Source: Raja brachyura (lineage: Eukaryota). Taken from it: a stretch of DNA of 64,000 nt. The stretch is from positions 82,522,001 through 82,586,000 of the forward strand of contig OY740789.1 in the NCBI GenBank assembly GCA_963514005.1, given 5' to 3'. Positions 48,884 to 60,967 of the stretch are shown one piece after another. Positions within the stretch are counted from its first letter, which is position 1, and the number at the start of each line of letters is the position of its first letter. The notes below the pieces were generated by a model. The model saw nothing but the letters and a program-made list of their open reading frames with translations. It ran no database searches and was not told the origin of the DNA. The position numbers and the translations under genes were made by a program.

Positions 48884-50851
48884 TTGGTTGCGTATGGAAT
48901 TTGTCATTCTATTATTACAAACCATTTATAAGATTCAAATCCAATCCCTGGTATCCATTGGGATCAAAGTGTACCAGAGTTGGGGAAAATAGCCAAAAGC
49001 TGCCTCCCTCTCCCCTCCACTCGTTGCCTGTACATTCATTCATTTGCAGACATTGCTGCTTCACATCCCAGTGCCACTGGCCAGATTTATCCATGCTCAG
49101 ACTCTAGTCAGCAAGGACCACCCAGAGATCGCAAGGCAGGAGATGTTTGAGGTAAACGTTGTGAAATGTCAAAGTGGCTCTGTAACAAATTGGGTGACCC
49201 TATGACAACCTGGTGAGGCAAGTCCCAGGGCTCTAACCGGTCTCCTGTCCTATACCGGCTTTGGGTGAAAACCGTGGTTAGCACAAATTGCCACAGATTT
49301 AATAATGCCACCTCCCGGACACAGACCTCAGCCCAAAGGAGAAACTCAGGGAATGCGAGGAATGTTGCAAGGAATGGATGTGTTTGGTTATAATCATCCA
49401 AGGATGAGCAGGACAAAATGTCTCTTGTGGAAGATACCAGTATGTTACAGCATGGAGAGTATCTACACTCTGCCAGGTTTCATATGAGGTGATTTCCCCC
49501 TGACACCGCGATGGTGGAACTACACGACTGCCACTGATATGGGACGGGATTGAGCATCTTGCAAACACACATGTTTAACAATATCACGTTGCTGACTAAA
49601 ACAAGATTCACAAAGCAGAAACATTGTACACTGTTAGACTAGGCTGACATATTTCTGATGACACTGCAACATCTGTCATCCACACTAATACCACGCACAT
49701 AACTATTTTTGAAAGCAATTTGCTCGCCATTTTGCTTAAAGAAGGAGGGGTTGTGAAATAGACAACATCTTACATTGACAAGTGTTATGTCTCCTGTCAG
49801 ACAGACACAGTGTACCTCTGCGTTCTACGCAGCTGAAGGCTTTGATCTCCAGGTTCACTGAAAGTTTCAATTCTGACACAAACTTAATCAACCTCCACAA
49901 TAAGTGTTTGAGACCATGATCAGCTCATGTGGTCCAAGTGACTGAGTGTGTAAACAGTGCACACACGAGAGTGAGCTGAGTGCAACTAGACTCATGATGC
50001 TGCTTCAGAAGACAAGTGCAGGTCAGCCAGGGGCAATGAATGAATAAATCATTCTCTTCCTCGCCCAATGATTCTGAAGTGAAACGGGAAAATACATCTA
50101 ATGCAGAATTTCATCCTAATCTGCAGCAGAAGGGGGACCTTGATACTTCTAACCATTTATGATTTGCTCTGCTGTCGCTGGAGAGTCAGCCACTAATTTA
50201 TTTCAGATAGTTTCTATCAATTACTGAAATGCCTCAACGTCTTCACTAGGGCACAGTCACACTAAACTGACACTAGTCTGTGGCTGAGTGAGTTTAGGTG
50301 CTTGTGAGCAACACTGCAACGTGACACAGCAAGTGGTACAAAGGTGAAAGGAGTGCAGGCTTATGAGTGGCCAGAGTTGGAAGAATGACACCTTTACTGA
50401 AGGTTGTGTTTGTGGTGAAGGTTTCAGAGATGGTGAGACACATGGTCAGAGTAAGGCTGCGATATCAGTATGTGACATTCTTAACCTGAGGGAATCCCAG
50501 GCTTGGCCGACAGGGAGAAAAGTTGCTTTTCTCATTCATGTTGCTCAGTATTACTAATCGATGCTGCAGGGGTTCCAAGCAAAGCACATATCGAATTGTG
50601 TCCTGTAATGTACCAGCTGATCATGGTGATGGGAAAGAGAGTCAAATCCCAGTTGACGGCTCCTTTGTTCTGTTTTTTCAGCTAAAACACCCAACCTGCT
50701 ATTGAGTACGAGTTTTTCTAATATTCTTTGCAATAAATCTAGTCAGTGTATAGTTTGATCTGGCATTGACCAGTCTTTTATGTGATGACATAAACATCTT
50801 GAAGTTCTTTTATAAGACACCTTTTTGGATTTCTGCTCTGGCTTTCCATAA

Positions 50852-51192
50852 AGAGCCTGAGCCACTTACACGATCTTTTCCGGCGACTGCCAGCACCTGT
50901 CATAGTCGCAGCAGGTCGCTGAAAATGTTCAACATGTTGAAAATTCAGCGGTGACCAGAAAGACGCTACGACTCTATGGGTGACTGAGGAGGCTACTAAC
51001 GACCATACAGGCGACACCCTGACAACATATTGCGGAGTGAAGCCTATAGAGTCATGAGTAGTCGCCCAAAGAGTCGTACCTTGTTCTGGTTGCCGCTGGA
51101 TTTTCAACATGTTTAACATTTTCGGCGACCTGCAACGACCTATGACGGGTGCCGGCAGTCGCCGAAAAAGTCACGTAAGTGTGACAGGCCCT
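50852..51192. mobile_element. Second copy of the same MITE family, upstream of CH3
   Basis: Collinear with 59365-59705; termini agagcctgagccactt...aagtgtgacaggccct. Confidence 0.8.
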
Positions 51193-51248
51193 CTAGTAAG
51201 AGATGAATCTCAACTAAAATTCTGAACTTTTCCATTTCTGATCCACAG

Positions 51249-51551
51249 TATTGTCCATCTTCATTCAAAACCCTGGCATGGAAGAGATTTGGATCAACAA
51301 GACCGCTACGCTGGTGTGTTCAGTGTTCTGTAGTGATCCGAGCCAGGTACATTTCACCTGGAAGGTGGGAGGGAAGGAGAGAAGTAAAGTTGTGGTGACA
51401 CGTAGACCGAGCCATGAAGGCACCCGAAACCCAGTGATCAGTGAACTGCGGACCAGCGTGGAGGAGTGGACCAGCGGGGTGGAGTTTGTGTGCTTCGCCC
51501 AACGATCTTCATCATCCTCACCAATATCAGCGCGGACCAACCATAACAAAG
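51249..51551 (+). CDS. IgW: IgW CH3 exon
   Basis: ccacag| acceptor, 303 nt. Reads VLSIFIQNPGMEEIWINKTATLVCSVFCSD...EEWTSGVEFVC...TNHNK; donor G|GTGGGC. Confidence 0.93.
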
Positions 51552-52100
51552 GTGGGCAACAGATCAGTGATTCAATGGCCGTGACAGAGAGAGAGAGAGA
51601 GAGGATACAGAGAGGATTTACAAGAATGTTGCCAGGGCTAGAGAGTTGTAGGGAGAGGTTGAGTGGCTGGGACTCTATTCCTTGGAACATAGGAGGATGA
51701 GGGAATATCTTATTGAGGTGTATAAGATCATGAGAGAAATAGATTGGATAGATGCACTGAGTCTCTTGCCCAGAGTAGGTGAATTGAGTACCAGAGGACA
51801 TAGGTTTAAGGTGAAGGGGGAAAGATTTAATAGGAATCTGAGGGGTAATTTTTTCATGCAAAGGGTGGTGAATGTATGAAACAAGCTGCCAGAGGAGGTA
51901 GTTGAGGCAGGGACGATCTTAACATTAAAAATACAGACAGGGACAGGTTTGGGGGGATGTGGACCAGACACGGCAGGTGAGACTAATGTAGCTGGGACAT
52001 GTTGGCCGGGGTGGGCAAGTTGGGCTGAAGGGCCAGTTTCCACAATGTATCACTCTATGACTCTTTGAGAGAGTTTAACATTTATTTTCCTCTGTTCCAG

Positions 52101-52418
52101 TTGAGCCAAAAAAACCTGAAGTCAGACTGCTGCTTCCAGCACACGAAGAGACCAAGCGTAGCCACAAGGTCACCCTGGAGTGTGTGGTCTCTGGATTCTA
52201 CCCAGACCTCATCAACGTCACTTGGACTAAAGACGGTGCCCTGATCTCCAACAACACCAGCGCTGCACCAACTGCCCTGGAGCAGGGGGGCACTTTCAGT
52301 GCCAGCCACTTCCTGACCATGAGTACCGAGGATTGGAAGTCTGGCTCACGCTTCAATTGTACAGTGCATCATCTTGCCTCCAACACCATCATCACGAAGA
52401 ATGCGAAGAACATCCAAG
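52101..52418 (+). CDS. IgW: IgW CH4 exon
   Basis: ttccag| acceptor, 318 nt. Reads VEPKKPEVRLLLP...LECVVSGFYPDLINVTW...DWKSGSRFNCTVHH...KNIQ; donor G|GTAGGC. Confidence 0.94.
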
Positions 52419-53416
52419 GTAGGCTCCTGGGATTCATTCCATTCTCCACATTGTAAACTGTGCCACACATGGGCAGCACTGTAACACGGTGCAGTCCTGT
52501 TGTGGGCTTGTAAGTGAGTCTGGCCACAGACATAATTGTATCTTTGACATTGCTTTAGTAACTTGAGGGCAATCCAAGCCAGTCGACAGGCCAAACGGTG
52601 GAGATCCACGATACTCTTCTTCAAAAGGGTCTTTCCCTTTGCCTTTGTACTCAATGGCAGCGGGTGCCTCAGCTGTGACAGAGTGTCCAGCAGAGCAGCT
52701 CTCTCCCTGCCCCAGTGTGGCAACAGTCAGTCTGGGCGATGTGTAGCAGCCTCTGGAACAGGCCGGCTGCAACACACAACATTCTGACAAAGCAGCAGGA
52801 GAGTTTAGTTACACCTCATGGATACAATCTGCTGTTAAACAGTTGTGACTAAATGAAGGGACACAAAGTGCTGGAGTAACTCAGCAGGTCAGGCAGCATC
52901 CCTGGAGGACATGGGGAAGTGAGGTTTCGGGTCGAGACCTTTCTTCATCGTACTCTGGACCACTCGCCGTGACTAAATAAAACAATACTGCTGCTATTTT
53001 ATAATATAAAGTGAAGGACTTTCCGCTGACTGGTTAGCACGCAACAAAAGCTTCTCACTGTACCTCGGTACACGTGACAATAAACTACACTGAACTGCAC
53101 ATTTTTACCTCAAACATTAGCTTGATTTGCCTCTCAGAGGGAATTGTATACATTTGATTCAGTAAATAGCTGGTAACTGGTTCAGTGATCACAAAACTGT
53201 CAAATAATGTAAAAGTCAACGTGTTAATTCACATTGTTCAGCAAGGTTTCCTTGTGGGCTCAATAGGAAGCTTCATTCCTACACCTATGTAGATAAATCT
53301 CCCTGATGTTGATGGGACCGGCATATCATACGGTGGAGTTGAGATGAGCACAAAATACTTCAGTGGCAAGCTGCTCCATCAGGGAACGATGACATAATAA
53401 TTGTGATTTCTCCCAG

Positions 53417-53737
53417 ATGAATGTTCAGTTACCCGCCCCTCGGTCACTTTAAGCAAACCTTCCTTCGAAGAGATCTGGATCAACAAGACAGCCACCATTC
53501 TGTGTAAGGTGGTTCATGGTGATTTAGAGGGATTCAGGGTAACCTGGCAAGTGAATGGAATGAAGAGAGAAGACGGGGTGACAACACGTGGTGCAGAGAG
53601 GATCGGAGGTACAGACACCATCACCAGCGGACTGACGGTCCCCGCTGCAGAGTGGGACAGTGGGGCTCTGTACACCTGTGTTGTGGAGGACAAGAGTTTG
53701 CCAACACCGGAGAGCAGATCCTTGGAGAAGCCGACAG
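53417..53737 (+). CDS. IgW: IgW CH5 exon
   Basis: tcccag| acceptor, 321 nt. Reads DECSVTRPSVTLSKPSFEEIWINKTATILCKV...EWDSGALYTCVVEDKSLPTP...KPT; donor G|GTACGT. Confidence 0.94.
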
Positions 53738-54129
53738 GTACGTGTTGACAGAGGTCGGTGCGAGTCTGATCTGAGCAAATGGACAGACATCACATCCAGC
53801 ATAGAAAATAATGGCAGGAGCAGGCCATTCAACCCTTCAATCCTGCACAGACATTCAATATGAGCACGGCTGATCATCCATATTCAGTACTTCCTGCATT
53901 CTCCCCATATCCCTTGCTCCCTTTACCCTACAAACTGGATCCAACTCATTCTTGCATATATCTAATAATTGGGCGTCAGTGCCGTCTGTGGCAGAGAATG
54001 TCCAGGTTCACCACAGTCTGGGGGAAGACATTTCTTCCCCTCACACACCTACACACCTTTACCTCAGACTGTCATCTCCTGGCCTGGATTCCCCAATATC
54101 TGAAACATTCTTCCTCTGCCTCACCTGTT

Positions 54130-55270
54130 CATAGAAACATAGAAAATAGGTACAGGAGACCATTCGGCCCTTCGAGCCAGCACCGCCATTCATTGTGATC
54201 ATGGCTGATCGTTCCCAATCAATAACCCATGCCTGCCTTCTCCCCATATCCCTTGATTCCACTAGCTCCTAGAGCTCTATCTAACTCTCTCTTAAATCCT
54301 TCCAGTGATTTGGCCTCCACTGCCCTCTGTGGCAGGGAATTCCACAAATTCACAGCTCTCTGGGTGAAAGTGTTTTTTCTCACCTCAGTCTTAAATGGCC
54401 CCTTTATTCTAAGACTGACCCCTGGTTCTGGACTCGCCCAACATTGGGAACATTTTTCCTGCACCTAGCTTGTCCAGTCCTTTTATAATTTTAGTTGTTT
54501 CTATAAGATCCCCCCTCATCCTTCTAAACTCCAGTGAATAGAAGCCTAGTCTTTTCAATCTTTCTTCAAATGGCAGTCCCGCCATCCCAGGGATCAATCT
54601 TGTGAACCTATGCTGCACTGCCTCAATCACAAGAATATCCTTCCACAAATTAGGAGACCAAAACTGTACGCAATACTCCAGATGTGGTCTTACCAGAGCC
54701 CTATGCAATTGCAGAAGAACCTCTCTACTCCTGTACTGAAATCCTCTTGTTATGAAGGCCAATATTCCATTAGCTTTCTTCACTGCCTGCTGTACCTGCA
54801 CGCTAGCTTTCAGCGACCGGTGTACAAGGACACCCAGGTCTCGCTGTACCTCCCCCTTACCTAACCTAACCCCATGGAGATAATAATCTGCCCCCTTGTT
54901 TTTGCCACCAAAGTGGATAACCTCACATTTATCTATATTATACTGCATCTGCCACACATCTGCCCACTCACTCAACCTGTCCAGGTCACCTTGCAACCTC
55001 CTAACATTCTCTTCACAGTTCACACTGCCACCCAGCTTTGTATCATCCGCAAACTTACTAGTATTGCTCCTAATTCCCTCTTCCAAATCATTAATATATA
55101 TGGTAAACAGTTGCGGCCCCAACATCGAGCCCAACACCAATTTTCTATCCACGTCAACACCCTACCCAATACCATGTGCTCTAATTTTAGTCACCAGTCT
55201 CCCGTGCGAGACCTTATCAAAGGCTTTCTGAAAGTCTAGACACACTACATCCACTGCCTCCCCTTCATCA
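54130..55270 (-). mobile_element. CR1 LINE 3' fragment in the CH5-CH6 intron
   Basis: ORF 54409-55152 has RT C-terminal motifs. Similar fragments at ~1-280, ~8030-8468 (+), ~27170-27730, ~33420-34640, ~43845-44420, ~47700-48520, ~51595-52065 (+) and ~62000-62540. Confidence 0.88.
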
Positions 55271-56608
55271 ATCTAGTTAAGAATTCAGATTCCTTTGAAT
55301 TTTCTGAACTCCAGTGGATATCTAATGGATAGTGGGTGGACTTACAGATGGTCAGAGAGTGTGAGGGAGCAAAAGAGGATTAAACTCAGCTGATTAACCA
55401 CATCATTAAAATCCCAAGTCACCACGACAGCCTCGCCCAACAGCACACTTGTTCCCACGGAGTGAGCTGCTTAGATAGAGTTGAGGGAGAGGGATTTGCA
55501 GTTTTCACAAGCCGAGATACAGACCGAGTCAGGACTGGAAGGGCAGGGAGCTTGAGGCAAAGACCAGCAGATCATTTAAGCAGAAGGGGAGATGGAACAG
55601 ACAGCACAGGACACGGCAGGTCCAAGGACTGAGTTCCTCTTTCTGTAGAGTCTCAGCATTCAGTGGTTCCTGTTGATTAACTAACCAGTTTAAACTCACT
55701 GGAAGCTATAGTTCAGTTTAGTTTACAGATACAGCGCCCTTCGGCCCATCAAGTCCGGGCTGACTAGCAATCCCCGCACACTAACACTACCCAGCACATA
55801 CCAAGGACAATTTACAATTAAACCAAGACAATTAGCCTACAAACAATAGGCAATAGGTGCAGGAGGAGGCCATTCGGCCCTTTGAGCCAGCACCGCCATT
55901 CAATGTGATCGTGGCCGATCATCCCCAATCAGTACCCCGTTCCTGCCTTCTCCCCATATCCCCTGACTCCGCTATCTTTAAGAGCCCTATCTAGCTCTCT
56001 CTTGAAAGTATCCAGAGAATCGGCCTCCGCCGCCCTCTGAGGTAGAGAATTCCACAGACTCACAACTCTCTGTGTGAAAATGTGTTTCCTTATCTCTGTT
56101 CAACATGGCTTACCCCTTATTCTTAAACTGGGGCCCCTGGTTCTGGACTCCCTGAACATCTGGAACATGTTTCCTGCCTCTAACGTGTCCAAACCCTTAA
56201 TCTTATGTTTCGATCCGATTCCCTCTCAGCATATGACAGTTCCGCCATACAGAGAACATGTATGTTTTTGGAGTGTGGGGGGAAACCTGAGCACCCGGAG
56301 AAAACCCACGCGGTCACGTACAAACTCCATACAGGCACTACCCATAGTCGGGATCAAACCCATGTCTCCAGCATTGTAGGCAGCAATTCTACCGCTGCGA
56401 CACCTTGCCGCCCTGTAAAATGCACCAGAGGCATGATTTATATTCCATACATCCCTACAATGAGCAGAAAGGAAAAGCCTTTAGTTTCAGGTGAACTGAG
56501 GTCCCTCAGGATGTAAACTGTGTCCATGTCAGTATAAGATTGGAATGTATTGGGTAAGTACAGAATTACTGACAGATTCAGTCTAACTCAGGTTCTCTCT
56601 GTTCCCAG

Positions 56609-56994
56609 ATGGAGTTGAGAGTCGTCCTCAAGTCTACCTCCTTCCCCCTTCATTGGATGAGGTGGAGACGGATGAGACGGCCACCTTGACGTGCCTGGTC
56701 ACCAGATTCTCTCCTGCAGACATCTATGTGGCCTGGATGGCCAACGACAACCTTCTGAAGACAGGGATCGTGAACCAGCCCGTGACCAAGGACACCAGGA
56801 ATGGGTGGAACACCATGACCAGTCAGTTGAAGGTTTCTCCAGAGGAGTGGAACAGTGGCACCACCTTCTCCTGTGTTGTGGGACACGGCTCCATCACAAC
56901 CAGCCTATTCAGAAGCATCAATAAATCTCACAGCAAACCCACCCTGGTCAATGTCTCACTTGTTCTGACTGATAGCTTTAAATCTTGTGTGTAA
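56609..56994 (+). CDS. IgW: IgW CH6 exon with canonical secretory tailpiece (long secreted form)
   Basis: ttcccag| acceptor. Reads DGVESRPQVYLLPPS...LTCLVTRFSPADIYVAW...FSCVVGH...SINKSHSKPTLVNVSLVLTDSFKSCV*; IgM/IgA/IgNAR-type tail with N-V-S and a penultimate Cys. Confidence 0.96.
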
Positions 56995-57285
56995 CATGAT
57001 TCATTTCTCAAACACTTGTTTTGTTCATTTCTGGATTTATTAACTGACCCAGAGGATGATGGGTCAGTTCCCTAATACATTGTCAAAATGTGAACCTTTG
57101 TAAATCATTAAAAACATAATTCCACACGCGCTACAAATTAAATGACAGCCATGATTCTCCACAAATGTCTGAGCTTCTGGATACATTTACAGAACTTTTT
57201 TGCCATGCTTGAACAGATTTTAACCCTGTATGGGATCACACGAGGTATTAAATCTATGTATGTGTCAATGTACCAATACAAGTTC

Positions 57286-57291
57286 AATAAA
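57286..57291 (+). terminator. Poly(A) signal for the long secretory transcript
   Basis: AATAAA about 290 nt after the stop, followed by a GU-rich tract (ttttgtgtgcgtgtctgtg). A weaker ATTAAA lies at 57107-57112. Confidence 0.65.
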
Positions 57292-57689
57292 TGTGATGTG
57301 AAAAAGGTTTTGTGTGCGTGTCTGTGACTGGTGTGTTTTGGGTGGCAGTACATGGGTAGCTGGGATGTGAGGTGTTCACATTCTAGGAGAAGCACATTCT
57401 GGGAGAAAGAGGTTTTGTTGGATCAATGTGTCCAAAACCTTCCACAATTGGGTGTTCTGACACCCACGCCTGGACCAGTTGAAGACAGAGATTGATTGTG
57501 GTCGTTGGTCGTTAACGCCATTATCACTCTGCCATGCGACCGTCAGGGTGACACAAGGTGAACTGATTGGACCATGGTCTTTCTTAGCCCAGCTGTGAGC
57601 TCCCACACGGCAAACCAAATCTGGCCACATCTCCTGCGTCAGGTAGTCCTTGCTTTCTCCCTCTTTCCCCTCCCCTCCCACAGTTTGGT

Positions 57690-57850
57690 TTCAGGATAAA
57701 TATTAGCTCAGGACTCTGAGCAGAACAGTCGTGGTCATGTCGTGGCATTGCTGACATCTACCTGAGAAGCACCTCCTTAAAGCCTCATCCCAAAGACAGC
57801 AGCTTTCATGAGGTGACATTGCTCACCACTGAGCCACACATGACATCTGT
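57690..57850 (+). mobile_element. Degenerate DeuSINE (AmnSINE1/SacSINE1-like) Deu domain
   Basis: aggataaatattagctcaggac...cctgag...ctcatcccaaagacagca resembles the Deu-domain consensus as recalled. Confidence 0.5.
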
Positions 57851-59015
57851 GTCTAACAAGGGGGATGGTTGTTTGAGGAGTCTCTGTCCTCAGTGGGTGT
57901 GCACGGATGATGTTGAATACAAGAGACAACTCATCATTGGTAACTCTTCTATTCCAATGTTACAATTAAACATCTGCCAGTTGGTGCTTAAAGTAAATCT
58001 GTTCTTAAACCTGCTGCTACGTGATTTCAAGCTTCTTGTATCATCTGGAGAGGGGAGTAGAGACAATGACTGGGATGTGGGTTCCTTGAAGATGTTGGCT
58101 GCTTTCCTGAGGCAGCATGAAGTGTCGATGGTGGAAGGAGTAATGGTCTAGGGTGGGGGATGCAATGTCCATTGTGTGGGCCGAGGGTTGTTTGGTTTGG
58201 TTCATTGTCACGTTGACCGAGGTACAGTGAAAATGCTTTTTGTTGCGTGCAAACCAGTCACCGGAAAGACTATATAATTACAATCAAGCTATCCACAGTA
58301 TACAGATACATGAAGAAGGGAATAATGTTTTGTGCAAGGTAATGTCCGATTAAACGTAGTCCGAGGGTCTCCAGTGATTGCTCAGGACTGCGCTCTGGTT
58401 GGTGGTTCAGTTCTGCGCTCTGGTTGGTGGTTCAGTTGCTTGATAACAGCTGGGAAGAAACTGTCCCTGAATCTGGAGGTGTGCGTTTTCACATTTCTAT
58501 ATCTTTTGTCTGATGGGAGAGAGGAGAAGAGAGAGTGGCCAGGGTGTGACTGGTCCTTGATGATGCTGCTGGCCCTGCCGAGGCAGCGTGAGATGTAAAT
58601 GGAGTCAGTGGAAGGGAGGTTAGTTTGTGCGATGATCTGGTCTGCAACCACAATTCGCTGCTATTTATTGGATGGAGCTGTTCCCAAACCATGCTGTGAT
58701 GCATCCCGATAAAATGCATTCCATGGTGCATTAAAATTAAATACCAATAAAGAATTGAACAGCATGTAGTTTTATTTGTGTTAGTGTTAATGTATTTGTA
58801 TAAGTGTTGTGGAGAATGTATTGTGTTTGATTATAAGAAATTCGAGTGCGCATAATTGCAAGGGTCAAACTCTAACTGGGACTGTGCTGCTCTCCTTATG
58901 CAGACGTCAATAAAGTGAGTCTGAAAAATGAATGCAAGTCGTCAGAGTCCAGTTGATCGGTGACGACAACACCAGACCTTGTCTGGTTTGTAAGCTTCCT
59001 ATTTCTCATCTGCAG

Positions 59016-59318
59016 AATTGTCTGTCTTTATCCAAAACCCCTCCACTGAAGAGATTTGGATCAACAAGACCGCTACTGTGGTGTGCGTGGTAATGGGTGC
59101 TGATCTGAGCCAGGTCCAAATCTACTGGCAAGTGAGCGGAAGGGAGAGAACTACAGGGGCTGTGACCCACCAACCGAGAGGGGAAAGGACCCAAGACAGA
59201 GTGAGCAGTAAACTCCGGAGCAGTGTGGAGGAATGGACCAGCGGGGTGGAGGTTGTGTGCTCTGCCCAACGATCTCCATCATCCTCACCAGTGTCAGCAC
59301 GGACAGAAAGTGCCAAAG
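59016..59318 (+). CDS. IgW: Additional IgW C exon, paralogue of CH3 (CH3'), downstream of the tailpiece exon
   Basis: ctgcag| acceptor, 303 nt (same as CH3), open frame ELSVFIQNPSTEEIWINKTATVVC...EEWTSGVEVVC...TESAK, donor G|GTGGGC. About 62% aa identity to CH3 by manual count. Confidence 0.9.
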
Positions 59319-59364
59319 GTGGGCGAGAGATCGGCAATGATATGGCCAACATTAGTTACCATGA

Positions 59365-59705
59365 TGGGCCTGTCCCTCTTATGCGATTTTTTCGGCGACT
59401 GCCGGCACCCATCTTAGGTCGTTGCAGGTCGGCGAAAAATTACAACATGTTGAAAATCCAGTGGTGACCAGGAAGATGTTATGACTCTTTGGGCGACTGA
59501 GGAGACAACTCTCGACCATACAGGCGACACCCTGGCGACATGTCGTGGGGTGAAGCCTGTATGGTCGTGAGTAGTCGCCCAAAGAGTCGCACCTTTTTCT
59601 GGTCGGCGCCTGATTTTCAACACGTTGAAAATTTTTGGCGACCTGTAACGACCTATGACGGGTGCCGGCAGTCGCCGAAAAGGTCGCATAAGTGGGACAG
59701 GCCCT
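59365..59705. mobile_element. Harbinger-type palindromic MITE in the CH3'-CH4' intron
   Basis: GGGCCTGTCCC...GGGACAGGCCCT termini, long internal inverted repeat, 3-bp TGA duplication. Confidence 0.85.
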
Positions 59706-59747
59706 TGAGGAAGAGGGTCTCACATCTACTTTGCTCCTCTGTTCTAG

Positions 59748-60065
59748 TTGAAACAAAAAGTCCCAAGGTCAGACTGCTGCCTCCAGCTCATGAAGAGACC
59801 AAGCAGAGCAACACAGCCACCCTCGAGTGTGTGCTCTCTGGTTTCTACCCGGACCTCATAAACGTCACTTGGGAGAAAGACGGAGCCCCGATCTCCTCCA
59901 CCACCAGCGCTTCACCGACTGCTCTGGAGCAGGGGAGAACTTTCAGTGCCAGCCACTTCCTGACTGTGAGTTCAGAGGATTGGAAGAAGGGCTCAGTCTT
60001 CGGCTGTACAGTGTCTCATCCCCCCTCGAACACCAGTATCAGCCGGGAAGTGAAAAGCTTTCAAG
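59748..60065 (+). CDS. IgW: Additional IgW C exon, paralogue of CH4 (CH4')
   Basis: ttctag| acceptor, 318 nt (same as CH4), open frame VETKSPKVRLLPP...LECVLSGFYPDLINVTW...DWKKGSVFGCTVSH...KSFQ, donor G|GTAGCG. About 72% aa identity to CH4 by manual count. Confidence 0.9.
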
Positions 60066-60209
60066 GTAGCGTGCTGGGATTCACTCTAATGATCACATCT
60101 TTTACCCCGTCACAAAATAGAGGCCAGGTACGTTTAGCACTGAAGGACTGGTGTTGCAGTATGTGAGTGAGTGAGTGATAATCAAGGAGCCTAGACTAGA
60201 GTCCAGAAG

Positions 60210-60960
60210 AGCCAAGAGTGTTTCATTGTCATATGTCCCGGACGGGACAAGGAAATTCTTACTTGCTGCAGCACAACAGGATATGTGAATATGTAAACAT
60301 AGTGCATAACGGGGGAAGAGAAAGAATGTTAACTAAATAACAAATATAGTGCAAATAACAAATAATGATAGAGTATTTAGCCTGATGGCCTGATGGTAAA
60401 AACTGTTCTTAAGTCTGGTGGTACTTGCTGCCATGCTCCTGTATCGTCTGCTTGACGGTAACAAGGAGAACAGTCTGTGTGCTGGGTGGCTGTGGTCCTT
60501 GATGATGCTGTGTGCCTTCCGCAGGCACCGCCAGCGGCAAATGTCCTGAATGGCTGTGAGACAGTTGCCAGTGATGTGCTGTGCCGCCTTCACCACTCTC
60601 TGTAGTGATTTGCGGCTGTGGGCAGAACAGTTCCCGTACCAGACTGTGATGCAGCCCGTCAGCAGGCTCTCGATGGTGCATCTGTAGAAGTTTGTCAGGA
60701 TGCTGGCGTTCATGCCAAACTTGCTCAGTCTTCTCAGGAAAAAGAGCCGCTGGCGGGCTTTCTTTGTTATTGTGCATGTGTACAGTGTCCAGGAGAGGTC
60801 CTCAGTGATGTGCACACTGAGGAACTTGAAGCTGCTGACACTTTCAACCTCAGCATCACCGATGTGGATGGGAGGTGTCCACTCCCCTGCTGTCTCCTGT
60901 AGTCCATGATCATCTCTTTAGTTTTGCTGACATTGAGAGAGAGGTTGTTCCTTGTGCACA
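60210..60960 (-). mobile_element. Rex1/Babar-like LINE 3' fragment
   Basis: ITKKARQRLFFLRRL...FYRCTIESLLTGCITVWYGN...HPAHRLFSLLPS. Related fragments at ~58190-58730, ~61092-61560, ~62836-63320 (+), ~11790-12075 and ~2670-2945. Confidence 0.8.
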
Positions 60961-60967
60961 CGTTAGT

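Noticed and set aside
49050-49150. Possible second short terminal exon after tttgcag (DIAASHPSATGQIYPCSD...*)
   Set aside because: Only an acceptor-like site and a short open frame; no similarity to known Ig tails and no nearby poly(A) signal.
56920-56925. AATAAA inside CH6
   Set aside because: It lies ~70 nt before the stop, so its use would truncate the tailpiece; a better signal exists at 57286.
31555-56994. IgM or IgNAR identity, or a germline-joined gene
   Set aside because: Six C exons plus a separate Cys-rich short tail after CH2 and a conventional VH with FR2/CDR2 indicate IgW; all RSSs are intact and unjoined.
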